From the NCBI RefSeq assembly GCF_009914755.1, contig NC_060929.1: a DNA stretch of 64,000 nt. The stretch is one strand, 5' to 3'. Of the stretch, positions 28,147 to 41,590 are shown one piece after another (the stretch's first letter is position 1; the number at the start of each line of letters is the position of its first letter). Made by a program: the position numbers and the translations under genes. The stretch is from the human T2T-CHM13v2.0 reference genome, Homo sapiens. Below the pieces are notes generated by a model. The model worked only from the letters and a program-made list of their open reading frames with translations. It was not told the DNA's origin and searched no databases.

Positions 28147-28311
28147 GACAGATCATCAATAGATAAGATGCATACAAGGAAAATATTGGTGATCTTGAAG
28201 ATGGTTATATAAAAATCACTCAAATTGAATTGGTTTATTTATTTATTTTTACTGATTGCTTTGCTTTTCATTTTCTTCCCTTTTACTAGCTTCTTAAGCT
28301 TAAATTACTGA

Positions 28312-28606
<295 letters not shown>

Positions 28607-28829
28607 AAATTATTGATTTTATACCTTTGTTCTTTTCTAACGTAAACAGTTGGTGCTAAAATTTTTCCTTTGAGCATCCCTTTAGCATGTCCCACAAATT
28701 TTATGTTGTATATTACACTTTATTCACTTCAATTTTAAAAAAACATTTTTTATGTTTCTTTATCCCATTTGTTATTTAGCAATGAGTAAATTTTTCCACA
28801 GCAATACGGGCTAGCAGTTCTATAACTAG

Positions 28830-30220
28830 CTAATATACATATATATGTTAGGGTTGAAGAACAAGAAAATATGTAATAGATAATGAGAGCTAAGTTTCTG
28901 GAGAAAGAAATTACAAGTGAGCAGAGGGATGAGTCTAGAATGAACCTGGTGCTTTTGGATTGATGTTGCAGGTTTCAGTGTGAACTTATTTATATATACA
29001 TATAGAGAGACGCAAAAATCAATATAGACTATCTCTTCATACATGTATGAGTATACATATATGTGTATATTTCCTAACTTTGTCAGTTGTGTCATGCCAG
29101 AAGCAATGAGCATATCTAGGATGCATATGTCAGCTTCTAAAGACCTTAGTTTTTTAATAAAAGATCCAGAAATCCTTAGAGAAGTGGTTGATCCAGAGCT
29201 GGATCAAGGACAAAACAAAACATGCCTCACTGAAGAAGTTGTCAATTAAAAACAAAACAAACAAACAAACAAAAAATAGGTGCATGAAGAAAGAATGTCA
29301 GTACTCACTCAGAAGAACTCCTAAGGGCCAAAACTGGAACAACTTGAACAACAAAATACATAATTACAGTGTTGAATTATAAACCACCCCCCAAATAAAA
29401 CAATACTCCTGAGTCCATACTTACGTAAGTTAATGACTGAATAAGTAAATAGGAGGGCGTAATTCTTTCCAACAGAAAGATTTCAAATTCATAAGTATGA
29501 CAGAAGTGAGAGAAATAGGAAACATCATTAGAAGACCACAGTAATATTTGCTAAAGGCAAGATCCACAGATAGTTTTAAAATTAATGGTCTAAAGTTTAA
29601 GAAAAATTGGATATTACATGGTCTAAAAAGAACTCCTGCAATAATTTAAAAAATACTAAGGGAAGAATAAAAGCTTTCTAGTGAAGAAACTTGGCAGTCG
29701 TCACTTTAATCAACTGATCAATGTTACAATCACCAGTAATAACACATATTGAGATTATGAATCCCCAAAACAATGTGCTAAGAAACACACCATCTCTTCT
29801 AAATTATTCTTCCCTAAGATATATAACCTCAGTATAATCTGAGAAAGTATCAAACAAGTCCATAATGAAGGGCATTCTAAAAATTAGTTACTAGTATGCT
29901 TCTAAGGTATCAAGGTAATGAAACAGAAAACACAGAGAAATTGTCACAGACTGAAGAAAACTAATGAGGTATGACAGTGCTGAAAACCTGGATTGGATTT
30001 TGGAACAACAATAAAAAAGGTCATTAACAAAAAAACTGATGATATTTGAGTAAATCTGCCGCTTAGTTAATAGTGTTGTATCTACAGTAATTGCTTAGTT
30101 TCGATAACTGTATTATGGTTATGTAAAATATTAACATTAGGGGAAGCTATTGAAACATATAACAATGAATTATTCTTACAACTCTTCTGTAAACCCAAAA
30201 TTACTTCAAAAATAAAACAA
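28830..30220 (+). mobile_element. L1MC/MD-like 3'UTR
   Basis: gaagaaacttggcag..cactttaatcaactgatcaatgtt, gggcattctaaaaattag, ending actcttctgtaaacccaaaattacttcaaaaataaaa. Confidence 0.6.
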
Positions 30221-30459
30221 ATAAAAATTGCAACAGATATAGCTATAATTTACTGTAAAATATTAATCTCACTTTTCTTGGCCTCTTTTCCCTTTCATCT
30301 TTTCTTATTTTTGATGTTGATGCCTTAGTAATATTTTCTCTGAGCATTTTTATATCATTCCATTTAAAGAATTTTCATATTAATATTACCCTCATTTATT
30401 ATACAACTTTACAAGTATTTATTTTCTTAAATATTGAATTTATCATTCTGTAAATAAGA

Positions 30460-30586
30460 TTTTTTTTTTTGAGATGGAGTCTTGCTATGTCACCCAGACT
30501 GGAGTGCAGTGGCATGATCTCGTCTCACTGTTGCAACCTCCACCCTCCGAGTTCAAGTGATTCTCCTGCCTCAGCCTCCTGAGTAG
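30460..30586 (-). mobile_element. Alu right-arm fragment
   Basis: T10 then gagatggagtcttgct...cctcagcctcctgagtag, ending abruptly. Confidence 0.88.
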
Positions 30587-30966
30587 AAATATCTGCCTCT
30601 TTTTCAGCTTATACATTAGAATCATTCTTTGGATTCTAAATATTTCACCAATTGATAGCCTTAAATGCAAAAACCACACATTCTATATTTCATATGAAGA
30701 TATTTATGTCATACACTTATGGGATATGAAAATATCGATATTAATGTGTTCTGGGATAATTTATATGCTAACATGTAATTGATCGTTTGTACAATAAAAA
30801 CTAAACATATTCTATTTTTTGTTCCTGTTTTTTTTCTTATTCAGTACAGTAAATTAGCTTCTCTATTCCCTGGCTTAGATGAGAAACCGAATTCAACAAA
30901 TATTTGTTAATTAATTAGGATAGATAAGAATACAAGATTAGAAAGAAACAGCTTCTCTCCTTAGGG

Positions 30967-31127
30967 CAGTGGTTCTCAAAGTATTGTATCTTAAGGAGCA
31001 GCACCAGCATAATGTATAAAGTTGTTAGAAATGCAAATAACCTAGGCTCCATTCCTGACCTACTGAATCAGAAACTCTTTCTTAACAAGGCACCCTGGTG
31101 ATTTTCATGCATGCTAAAGAACAGCTG
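30967..31127 (+). mobile_element. MER5A hAT-Charlie MITE
   Basis: cagtggttctcaaagt...gacctactgaatcagaaactct...ctg; near 8-bp TSD ccttaggg/ccttaaga. Confidence 0.8.
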
Positions 31128-31175
31128 CCTTAAGAATTAAGCAAATCACTAAGGATGTCCTTGTTCTTCTTCCAC

Positions 31176-31473
31176 TTTTTTTTTTTTTTTTTTTAAGACG
31201 GAGTCTCCCTCTGTTGCCAAGCTGGAATGCAATGGCAGGATGTCAGCTCACTACAACTTCCGACTCCCTGGTTCAAGTGGTTCTCCTGCCTCAGCCTCCT
31301 GAGTAGCTGAGATTGCAGGCACGCGCCACCACGCCCAGGTAATTTTTCTATTTTTGGTAGAGACGGGGTTTCACCATTTTGGCCAGGATGGTCTCGATCT
31401 TCTGACCTCCTGATCCGCCTGCCTCAGCCTCCCAAAGTGCTGGGATTACAGGCTTGAGCCACCACACCCAGCC
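31176..31473 (-). mobile_element. AluSc-like
   Basis: Full Alu; TSD tcttc(t/c)tccactttt. Confidence 0.92.
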
Positions 31474-31995
31474 GTCTTCCTCCACTTTTAACAGCATTTT
31501 TACTTCCGAAGCTGTAATCTTTCCAATACTTTCTAGAACTTTGATGGAAATTCATATTTACTTATTCTCATGACATGTAATAAAAGTTTAATACATAGCT
31601 TCAAAGAGACTTTAAGAAAATTTATTACAAGAGCAGAATTGTACTCCTAATATAGTTGACTACTGTTCGGAATAGACAAGAGGTTAAATTTTAAACATGT
31701 GGAGGTCTATTAGCCATAACTTCCCTGGAGAATGTCCAACTTCCTCTGTATTCAGTTTTCTTATTTCTTCATTATCTCATTGTCTTATTCACAGACAGAC
31801 TCAGACCAGCAGATACACATTTGGAAGACACTGAGCTAGAACATAGCATCAATTCCACACAATGTATTCTCTACACAGGCAAATTAGTCTGCTCTCTTGT
31901 GTGTTGAATTAAAGCCTAAAAATAAGATGACTTTAAAAGAAATCATATCATAGGCCAATAGAACATAATTGTTAATTGTGTTCTAGTAAATTAAC

Positions 31996-32163
31996 TAGTG
32001 GAAGTGGGGTGCTTGTTTGTAGTATCTGCTGATATCTCTGGCATAAATACTTCTACAATGGCTGATTTTCAACAACCAATGGTTTAACCACTGATTTGCA
32101 GAATTCCTGAATATTTAATAGTCTGCTCTCATTAGTCCATGTCAGCTGTCTAGCATCCCACTA
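31996..32163 (-). mobile_element. MER63A-like hAT MITE
   Basis: Minus strand contains ttaaatattcaggaattctgc...ttaaaccattggttgttgaaaatcagccattgtagaagtattta. Confidence 0.65.
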
Positions 32164-33299
32164 GATTTAATCATCTTTCATAAATATGCAGAAATAGTAT
32201 TCCATTTCGTAGAACTTTAAGAAATGTATTACTTATTGGGTAATGACAAGTCAACATAAAAGGCTGGTGAAAATTTAAGTCATGGGGAGATATTTGTCCA
32301 TTCATTTATAAGATGGCAGAGGCATGTTAATCTGTGTGTTATACTTTTCACGCACACTCCAGGGTACATTTCTTAGTGGGCTCTGTGTATTCACAACTTG
32401 TATATATTTTATATTCTTCTATTTCATGAACATAAAAAGCTGACAGGAAAAAACTTCCCACCTCCTGCAGATCCCACCAGGTCTTTATAGATTGCCATCT
32501 AGTGAGAGGCTCTTCTCTGTAATGCTAGTCAATGTCACATCAAAGTTTTCTGTACCCAGGGAAGGCTCTCTTGCCCTGATGCCAGACTTTGTTTAATCAC
32601 TACATTGACTACAGTCATAATAATATTAGTCAAGAGAGAAATACTGTGCTTCTAAGGACTCATAACCCACATCATATTATTTTTCTCTATATCCTAGGCT
32701 TTGTCAAAATTTAAATGAGACTTTTCTTATAGTGTATTAATTCTGTTCTTTTTAGGAAACTATCTTAGCTCACAATTACTATGTAATTTGTATGCTTTTA
32801 GATATTATAATAGCTTTTAAATAATCTTGCCTAATTTAATTTCATTAACTTTTATTTACTATTTCCAATTATGACTTCTGCTATCATTGCTAGTACCAAT
32901 ACTTAAGTGCCTTCTAGTCTAGGAATTTATATTTTAAAAATTAAATTGAATAAGTTATCTGGGCTAAAGCTATTTTCTCAGATATTATAAAATTAGAAAT
33001 TATATCCACTTTGAAAGATTATATTATTTTAAAGCCCTACTTTTTTATATGAATAAACGCAATATACATTTGATTTGCATAAAGGACATTTGTATATAAA
33101 GTAAAATGAGAGAAAAGTTAAATCAATTAATTCCCTGGTTTATTAAAATTTTTACTTTTCTTAACTTATACAGAAATAGAGAAGTCACTGTAACTGAGTA
33201 TAGATTTAAGAAGTGTAGGCTAATCTCTTATGGGAGTGTTATGAGAATAATACCATTTCACATTAGTTGAGAGAAAATAATTTTTGAATAAATAACACT

Positions 33300-33990
33300 A
33301 GAGCACATAATTAACAACCTGAACAAACTAAATTCAGTTTTACATCAAGACATACGGAAAAATAAATTTAAATTCAAGGAAACTATTAAAAAGTTAAACA
33401 AAACATACTAACCAGAAGTACAGGTTTACTTAAAAGTTTTTGGACAAAATGTCTGCACGAATATGTGCCTGTATGTGTTAAATAATCCCAATGTAGCGTT
33501 TAATAATATTAAAAAACATTTTACTCATCTAATTGGCACAGTTCAAATATTGATAGTATCCAGCATTAGGATGAAAAGAAAGAAGTGGGAGTTCTCATGT
33601 ACTTCTGATTGGATTAAGAACTGCTTTCTTTTTTTGTGGTCAAATAGGCAATATGTATTAATAGACAAAAAAATTTACTTGGCCCAATAATTCTATTTCT
33701 TCATATTTTTCACTAGGAAATATTGAAATAGGTGGTGAAAATGCATGTATAAGAATGTTTCTTGATGTATTATTTATAACAGTAATTTAACGTCAATTTG
33801 TATTTCAATCAAAAAACTGTGTTTTTCTATACATTGGAATGCTATGTAGCCCTTAAAACAATAGCGTTGATTGGTACCTATTGGCATCTGAAGATGCTTT
33901 GACATGTACAAAAGAATTTACCAAATTATAGATATACACAGACACACACACATTCATAATATGATCCAATTAAGATAAAAAATCTTTAAA
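33300..33990 (+). mobile_element. L1ME-like fragment
   Basis: Decayed L1 ORF2 end and 3'UTR motifs (gttctcatgtacttctg, cattggaatgctatgtagccc). Confidence 0.5.
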
Positions 33991-34009
33991 AGCTCACATA
34001 TGACAGTGT

Positions 34010-34054
34010 TTAAACTCTTTTAAGTTTAATTCAGCTGAAATTTTTCTTTTATCA
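34010..34054 (+). mobile_element. Remnant (last ~45 bp) of the MER57A 5' LTR
   Basis: taaactcttttaagtttaattcagctgaaatttttcttttatca matches the end of the LTR at about 40147-40192. Confidence 0.75.
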
Positions 34055-37000
34055 AATGGTGTCAGAAGCAGGATTCAAAGTAGAGCTTCTAATGACCCCC
34101 AGGAGCACTGAATGAACAAGCAAGGTACCTGCAGGACCCATTTGTGTCCCTTGATCTCTCAGAGCAGCTGGGGATCATAACTTCTCTCTTGTATTTCAGA
34201 GCTCCACAGATTTGTGTTTTGAGCTATTTGAGTTTCTTTGAGCAAGTTTCTGATCCAAACTGGGTTTCGAAGTCACGACAGAAAATGGAATGGGTCCAGG
34301 AATGGATTTGATCTGGGAATTAACTGGTTTGGATCCAGTTAGAGGCCTCTTACATCTGACTGGGTCAGAAAGAAACTGGTAGCAAATGGTAACATTGTAG
34401 GAGTTATAAAATTTGGCTTTTGAAAATTCACAGGGATTTTTGAGTTCCACCCCTTTGTTTAATTTTCTTGCACACTTAGGTAGAAAAAAATATCACTGGC
34501 TAAGTTAATCAAAGGAACCTGAGAGTAAAGCCAATATTTTAGGTAAAAATGGGATCCTTAATTCCTGGAAAACCAAGTTCCTTCTGGCTTATATGTTAGG
34601 CCCAGGAGGCAATGAAGCTCACAGAAAAGGAAAAATCTTACTAAAGATAACTTACAGTGGTTCATTCCAAATGAACAACAACATGCAGAAATGCATTTAA
34701 AAATGAGGGTTCCCAAATTAGTCTAATCTAAGGATGCCTATTAATATGCAGAAGCTTCTTTAAAACATTAGAGATTACGGGACCTATCTGGGGGCACATT
34801 TGGGCCTCGCCAGTTTGATATTGGGTGCTAAGCTGAGGGCTAATGTCTATGTTTTGTCAACATGTTTTGCTCTGGCCAGAATGGAAACAGATAATTTTTC
34901 TTTGTGTTGTGGCTTGGTCCCAGGGATGTGGTGCAGCCAGCCAGGTCGCTAGGGCTGCTCAGTGAAAGGGAACCCAGAGATCTGATATGCTGGCAGAAGG
35001 ATAAGAATTGCTTACCAGTCAGATTTCTGGCCTCTTTTTCTCTATGCAAACTTGTTAAATGAATGGTAAAAATCACTGTTTATCTCCTCTGTAAAGTTTT
35101 AATTAACATGAAAAAAAATTCTGAGGCTGGTCTTAAGCTATAGTAAATCTGGTTTGCTTTGTGTGTCTTTCTGTACTGCTCTGTTATGAAGAGGGGTAAC
35201 TTAGGATAAAATGCATGCCTAAAACCACATGAGCTCACTGTTCAAGATGGCCCAGCAAACTGGTCAATAAAAAAATTGTTGAGGTCTCCATCTTGTATTG
35301 TATGTCCTTGGGAGCTTGATCTGGTAACCCACATGGCAATATTTCTCAGTCTCCACCATCACAATGGCTGCTTGGTTCATGGTTCAATTGCCAGCATAGG
35401 GAATGAGTACTTTCTGATTGATATTTGTGTTACCTTTGCCATTTTTAAATTCCCTTCCCCTCCAAGAACCATCTTCAATTTTCCTTTTATAAGTACAATA
35501 ATAACAGCTGTTTGGCCTGGCTAAAGTTACATGATAAGCAATCTAAAAGAACTTTTATTAAAGAGTGCTGTGGTTAAAAGGTCAGCTTAATTAAAAGCAG
35601 ATATTCAAGCTCTAACAGCCTGGGACTCCTTGGGAAAAGACGAGGCACCAGAGACCCTTTCTGGGCCCTATTCTTCCAAGAACTCCACCCTAAAGCCAGT
35701 CATTTAATTAAGAAGCTTAGAAACTGATAAATGGACACTTACAACTACTGTAATAGTCTTCTTTCTATCTGTCTGTGCAGTTATATATGTGTTGTGTGTG
35801 TAATGTTTATATAAAAGAGCTCTAATTAATTGGCTTAAAGAAAAATAAGCATTTAAATAAAATATTAAAAAAAAAGAATAACTGTAATGCCTTTTAGTTC
35901 ATATGATTTTAGTAAACTTTGGGAAATAAAACATTTTAAACATAATTGGCAAAAATAAAGACATTTGGTCTAAATGATGCAGTTCAGATACTTGGTTTGC
36001 TAAATGCTTTAAGGTCATAAACTGAGTTGACTTTTAAGGCCTGGGGACATGTGGAATTAGCCATGGCCACTAGTTATGCAAAGAACATTATAAAGAAAAA
36101 AGATTTTTTATAAGAAAGGATATTATATGGTAAATTCTTGACCTAAAGTAAAATGACTTATTGTTTAAAAAGAGGGATGTTTAGGACAAGTCAGGAAGTC
36201 CAAGCATGTTGTAGATGATCTATGTAAGTTATGAAAGGAAATTTATGCGCCAAAAGTGAAAGTTGCTAAGAATTACCACTATAACATGTAATTGAGACTA
36301 CTGAAAAAAGTAGGTTTATGTGTAAGGTATGTGAGGAGAGTGAAATGTGTTTCTCGTAAAAGATTATAAGAGAGCACAGAAATGTACATTTTGTCTAGTT
36401 TAAAGGGTTAAAGGATTGTTTTAAATTAGATAAGATAAAGCTAAGGGTTTAAACTAGTGTGGAATGGTTATAAAAATTTAATCTTGTAAAAGAAATTCAG
36501 TGTGTGAACACATTGGCTAAATTTAAAGAGGAATTATTCAGTTTTTCCTTAAATTAAACATTGGAATAAAAACACAACAGGGTTTTCTTAAAGCACTAAT
36601 CTGCTCTTTTACTTATAAAAGGTTTATGAGAATTTCACCTTATGGTCTAACTGATTAAGATTGAATAGATTTGTCTATAAGGTTTATTAAAAATTGGGGT
36701 TGATGTAAATAGTAGACTAATGCAAGGATGAATTTGGCTTTCTCTCTTGAAAAATATTTTTATGTAATATTAAAAGATAATGAAAGTTTTTGTTTGCCTT
36801 TTGAATGAACTACTGAAAAAGGTGGGAAAAACAAGAGATACATTGTTTAGAAGGCTGTCTTCCCTCTACTGATGAGTGAAGTTTTTTGCCTTTTTTTTTT
36901 TTTTAACATTTTTGAGTCATCACGTTGGCCAAATGAATGACTTATGGTAACCTAGAATTCTATTTCATAATATTAAGTGTTTTAAACCTTTAACACATTT

Positions 37001-39762
37001 TATAGGATTCTCAAAATCAAATTTCAGCTTTGAAATGGTCTTTTCTGACCTTTAACTTTGGGATGCTACAGAGGGCCCCTGAAACATCCAAAAGAGGAGT
37101 AAACAAGATTATTTGACATGTTAAGGTACAAGGGAAGCATTGTTAAAATAAAAATAATGTTTAATTTTCAAGTTATATTTTAGTAAATTATATTAATATA
37201 TGTTCCTAAATTTTATGGGATTTCTAAAATTCTAATGGGGGTCCGAGTATATGCTATCAATCACAATTATGGCTATTATGTTAAGTTATTGTAGACCATA
37301 GCAATAACCAAATTTCCTGGTTAATTGTGTTTTTAACTATATTTAAAGTCATTTCCACAGTTAATTGCAGTTTATGAAAACTTTAAAAGCATGGTGGTAT
37401 CTTTTAGGAGGTCCATGAAAGGATGGAAAGGACCCTGAAAAGCATTCTTGAATACAGGTTTCTAATAACTTTAGAATCATATCTCTTGAATTGGGTAAAA
37501 ATTCCTGGAACTTTAATGAAAAGACTTACTGGGTTATAAAACTGCTAACCCAAGTAGAACAAAAATTAATTGAATACCAAGGAAACACTTTGCCATATTT
37601 TCATGCTAAATCAGCCAATGCTGAAATTGTTTAGATACTCAATTTGAATGAAATCCATAGTCTAAGTCAAATAACCTATGATAACCCATCAGTTAACTGT
37701 GCTATGCACCTAATTTGGAGAAACAACTGGTATTTAAGGGACATAAATGCAATGTTAAGCATAGACTCATGGAGAACCAGGACAGCCACCTTGTCCATCC
37801 TGAATCCTCAAAGCTTTTATTATTAAAAGTTTTGCATTCCATGACTCATCATAGAAAAGATAAAATGATCCTGATTAAATATATTGATGTGGTGTGACTT
37901 AAAAATTGTGAAAATAGATTATAACCAATGTTTGGTTCCATATTACTGGGAATACAATCAAAGCTTCAGGTACATTTGGCTACCTGTTAGGTAATTTAAA
38001 CATTTATAAAGGGATTTCATTCAATTGTCATTTTCAATGCATGTTTTTTGGTTGTATAAAAGCTTTCCCATGCCAGAGGGCTGATGTTATGTCACTAAGT
38101 TATTGTGCCACAGTGATTTTCATCTGGTTAAGAAAGGTTTTTATGGCTCACTAAGGACAATCATCCCCTTCACAATCTAAAACGTGAAGACTGGATCTTC
38201 TAAAAACATCAGAGAGAAACTGCCCTTGCCATACACACTGCAACAAAACTATGGAACCTTAAATTTTGGGTTTATAATCTCACAACTGATAAGGGTCCCT
38301 TCGCACTCTTGAAACTGTACACCCGTTGGAACCCTTAAAGTAAAGATAACTAGGGAAGTTTCTCCCCAGAAGAAGATGGTATTCTTGATGTGAATAGCTT
38401 TTCCCAAAATCATGGATCAAGATTTCTCTACTATTATGAGACTCGTATCTTTGAGTATTTTTATCTTGCTTATGGTTCTATAAAAAATAGAAGTGGAAAA
38501 GGGGTCTGTTGTATGCACTTATAGAGTATACTTGTTTGTGAAGGATTTTGCAGCCATACTTATACATGGATAATCCTATACTTTGATATATAAAAGATGA
38601 AGTCCCAATGTAAGTGAGAAACTTTAATGGTAATATGTTGCCTCCTAATCAGTCAGAAACAGAACATTGATACACTCCTCTCAACCCACATCATGGACTA
38701 AAGAGAACATTGCCAGAGTCCTTCACTCTTCTGGAAGGGCATCATTTGTTGGGTTCTTTTTCCATGGTTTGGAATAAAAGAGGCAATGATTAGAAATGTA
38801 TCCCTCATAATGGCTATATAGAAGATTCTACTGTAAAGGCTATGGTTACAAAACAGACTTTAAATTCTCTTTTAAATGTTATGCTAAATAGTAAAAGTGG
38901 CTAGACAGAGAAGTATCTGTGCAGCTGCTGGCACCTATATCCTGTGGAAAAAACTTTGGGTACTATAGAGATTCAATTGAAGGGGATTAACAAAAAGACC
39001 ACTTAGTTAAGAGAATAAACTCCTTATCTAGCTCATTCTTTGATCTATTTGAGTTTACATGGCTTGGTTTATGGGGATCCTGGTTAAGGAGCATATTCCA
39101 AGCTCTCGGTTTTATCCTCCAATAGTCAAAATAATAGTCTCCTTGGTGTGTTGTATTCTCTCAAAGGTTTTAAATGTTTGCATGCAGCCATCTCTGGAAC
39201 ATCAAATGGTCTCTCTTCAACTGGAATGACAAGAGCTAAAAGAAATGTGGGACCATGAGGACACTGTAACCTATAAATGACATGCTGAGAGCAGACACAA
39301 AATGATGGTAACAGAGAATGGCACTAAGGCCCTAAGTTTTGGTCACACTCTCACCTAAGTGAGCACCTGACCAAACAGGGAGGAACTTTTTAAAACAAAA
39401 TTATGGGAGACCATTGTTTTGGATTCAGCTCATGCACTACACCTCAACAGACCAAACCAAACAAAACTGGAGTCACTCATGCTAAAAGTAACATAATGAA
39501 ACTGAGACTTTAAGGAAACACATAGATCTTAGACCAGAACAGACCAGGTTTTGTTTCTCTCCTGTAAACAGGGCATTCTAGCATAAGGGGAAGTTCCCTC
39601 TACTCAGTGTTTGTTCCTACCTTTACAAAACTCATTGTTCTACTGATTCCCAGTGGGTTTCACTACCAAATAAGTACATCTACTATGGTGATAGTGACAT
39701 CAATGACTAAAGTTTTGGTAAATCTCTCTCAAAAATGGAGAAAATGACCAAAAGGGGGGAAT
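34055..39762 (+). mobile_element. MER57A-like non-autonomous ERV1 internal region
   Basis: PBS at the start, PPT aaaagggggga at 39750-39760, env-like 3' part homologous to 14560-14900; no long ORFs. Confidence 0.78.
34057..34074 (+). promoter_or_regulatory. Retroviral primer-binding site, tRNA-Leu type
   Basis: TGGTGTCAGAAGCAGGAT versus the tRNA-Leu complement TGGTGTCAGAAGTGGGAT, 2 nt after the LTR end. Confidence 0.75.
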
Positions 39763-40192
39763 TGGTAAAGCAAACTAGAAGGCCTGAGAAGGACTCCATA
39801 CTTCTTTATTTGAGTCATTGTGGACAAACTGCAACCTAACTTCATAGGTAGACAAAATTGAAAATCTAACTTTGGAGTATGTGCCTGTAACAATAGCTGA
39901 GTCTTCTCCAATCCCAGTGGCCGTTCTTCCACCATTCTTACACTGCTAAGTGTTCAAACTCTATTCAAATAAAGCAAATGCCAACCTGAAACCAATCCAG
40001 CTGTTCTGTACCTCACTTCTGATTTCTGTACATCATTTCCCTTTTTTGTCTATAAATCTTCTACCACCATGTGGCTGCACTGGAGTCTCTTTGAATCTGC
40101 TGTGATTCTGGGGGCTGCCTAATTCATGAACAGATTATTGCTAAATTAAATTCCTTTAAATTTAATTGAGCTGAAGTTTTTATTTTTTAAAT
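39763..40192 (+). mobile_element. MER57A (A1-like) 3' LTR
   Basis: ggcctgagaaggactccatacttc...ccaatccagctgttctgtacctcacttc...gctgtgattctgggggctgcc. Confidence 0.85.
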
Positions 40193-41059
40193 AACAAAAC
40201 AACAATGAAAAGACTGGAAATTAAACAGCCAAAAATAAAAAAAAATAGGCCAAGATCCAGTGCTAAATATAAGCAGGGTGATTATCTACTATGTTAAATG
40301 ATATAAACAGGAAAAGAATTTGCTAGCATAATAAATTAAATATCTAAGGATACAATGGGAAACCATCCAGCATATCAAGAACTGATTCCAATGCTGAAAT
40401 GAATCAGAAATTAAAATTATCTGAGAAGGATTTTAATACAACTTTTATAAAGTTACTTCAGCAAGTGATTGTAAATACTCTTGAAACAATTTTTAAAAAT
40501 ATAACATTTCAGCAGAGAAACAGAAATTATAATAAAGAACCAAATAATTATACAACTGAAAAAATATAAAAAATAGAAATCAAAACTCACTGACTGCAGT
40601 AAATGGAGATAGTACAATTGAGATAACAAAAAACAAAATCAGTGAACTTTAGTAGTAAACAATAAAGTTCAGTCAATCTGAGAAAAAGAGAAAAGGTAGA
40701 CTAAAAAGGAAAGAGAACTCAGATCTGAGGGACAATAACAAAAGTTCCAACATTCATATTATCAGAATCTAAGAATGAGAGAAGAAAAAAAGTAAGAATA
40801 AAAGAGGAGATAAAAATGCTTAAAACTCTCCAACTTTGGTGAAATATACAAACATATTCATCCAAGAAGCTGAGAGAGAGTCTCAAACCCAAGGAAATCC
40901 ACGCTAATAAATTGTATAGTATTGACAAGAAAAGTAAAGACAAGAAAATTTTGAAATCAGCCAGAGAGAAATAATGCATTAAATATGAGGAAACTCCACT
41001 TCAAATGATAGTGACTTTCTCATCTATGACAATGGAGGTCAGAGGGAAGTGACATCTTA

Positions 41060-41590
41060 CCTCTCTCTCTCTCTATATATATATATAACTCAGCTATTGT
41101 TACAGGCACATACTCCAAAGTTAGTATAAATATATATGGTCATATATTTATATAGAATATATATTATATACATATTATGATATATATTTAATATATAAGT
41201 TTATGTATTTATATATAAATTGATTTATATTATAATATATAAACAATATATAATTAAGATTGGTGAAAAAGTAATTGCAGTTTTTGCCTTTGAAAGTAAT
41301 GGCAAAAACCACAATTACTTTGCACAAACCTTATATATATATATATGAATATATAAAAATGTAATTATATATAATATATAATATGTACATGTAATAAATA
41401 TATTATTTATAGATAATTTATACATAATATATAATTACACATATTTTATATATAATTATTATATTTATGGACTAGTATATGGTCAAACTTAATATAATAT
41501 AAATTTATATATAACATACGCATATATAAATATATAATTTATGTGGATTATATAAAAATTTATATATATATAAAGATAATATATAAAAAT
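41060..41590. repeat. (CT)n(AT)n degenerate low-complexity tract
   Basis: About 0.5 kb of TA-dominated sequence. Confidence 0.9.
41254..41333. mobile_element. MADE1 mariner (Hsmar1-derived) MITE
   Basis: ~80-bp palindrome ttggtgaaaaagtaattgcagtttttgcc...ggcaaaaaccacaattactttgcacaaacc in TA context. Confidence 0.9.
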
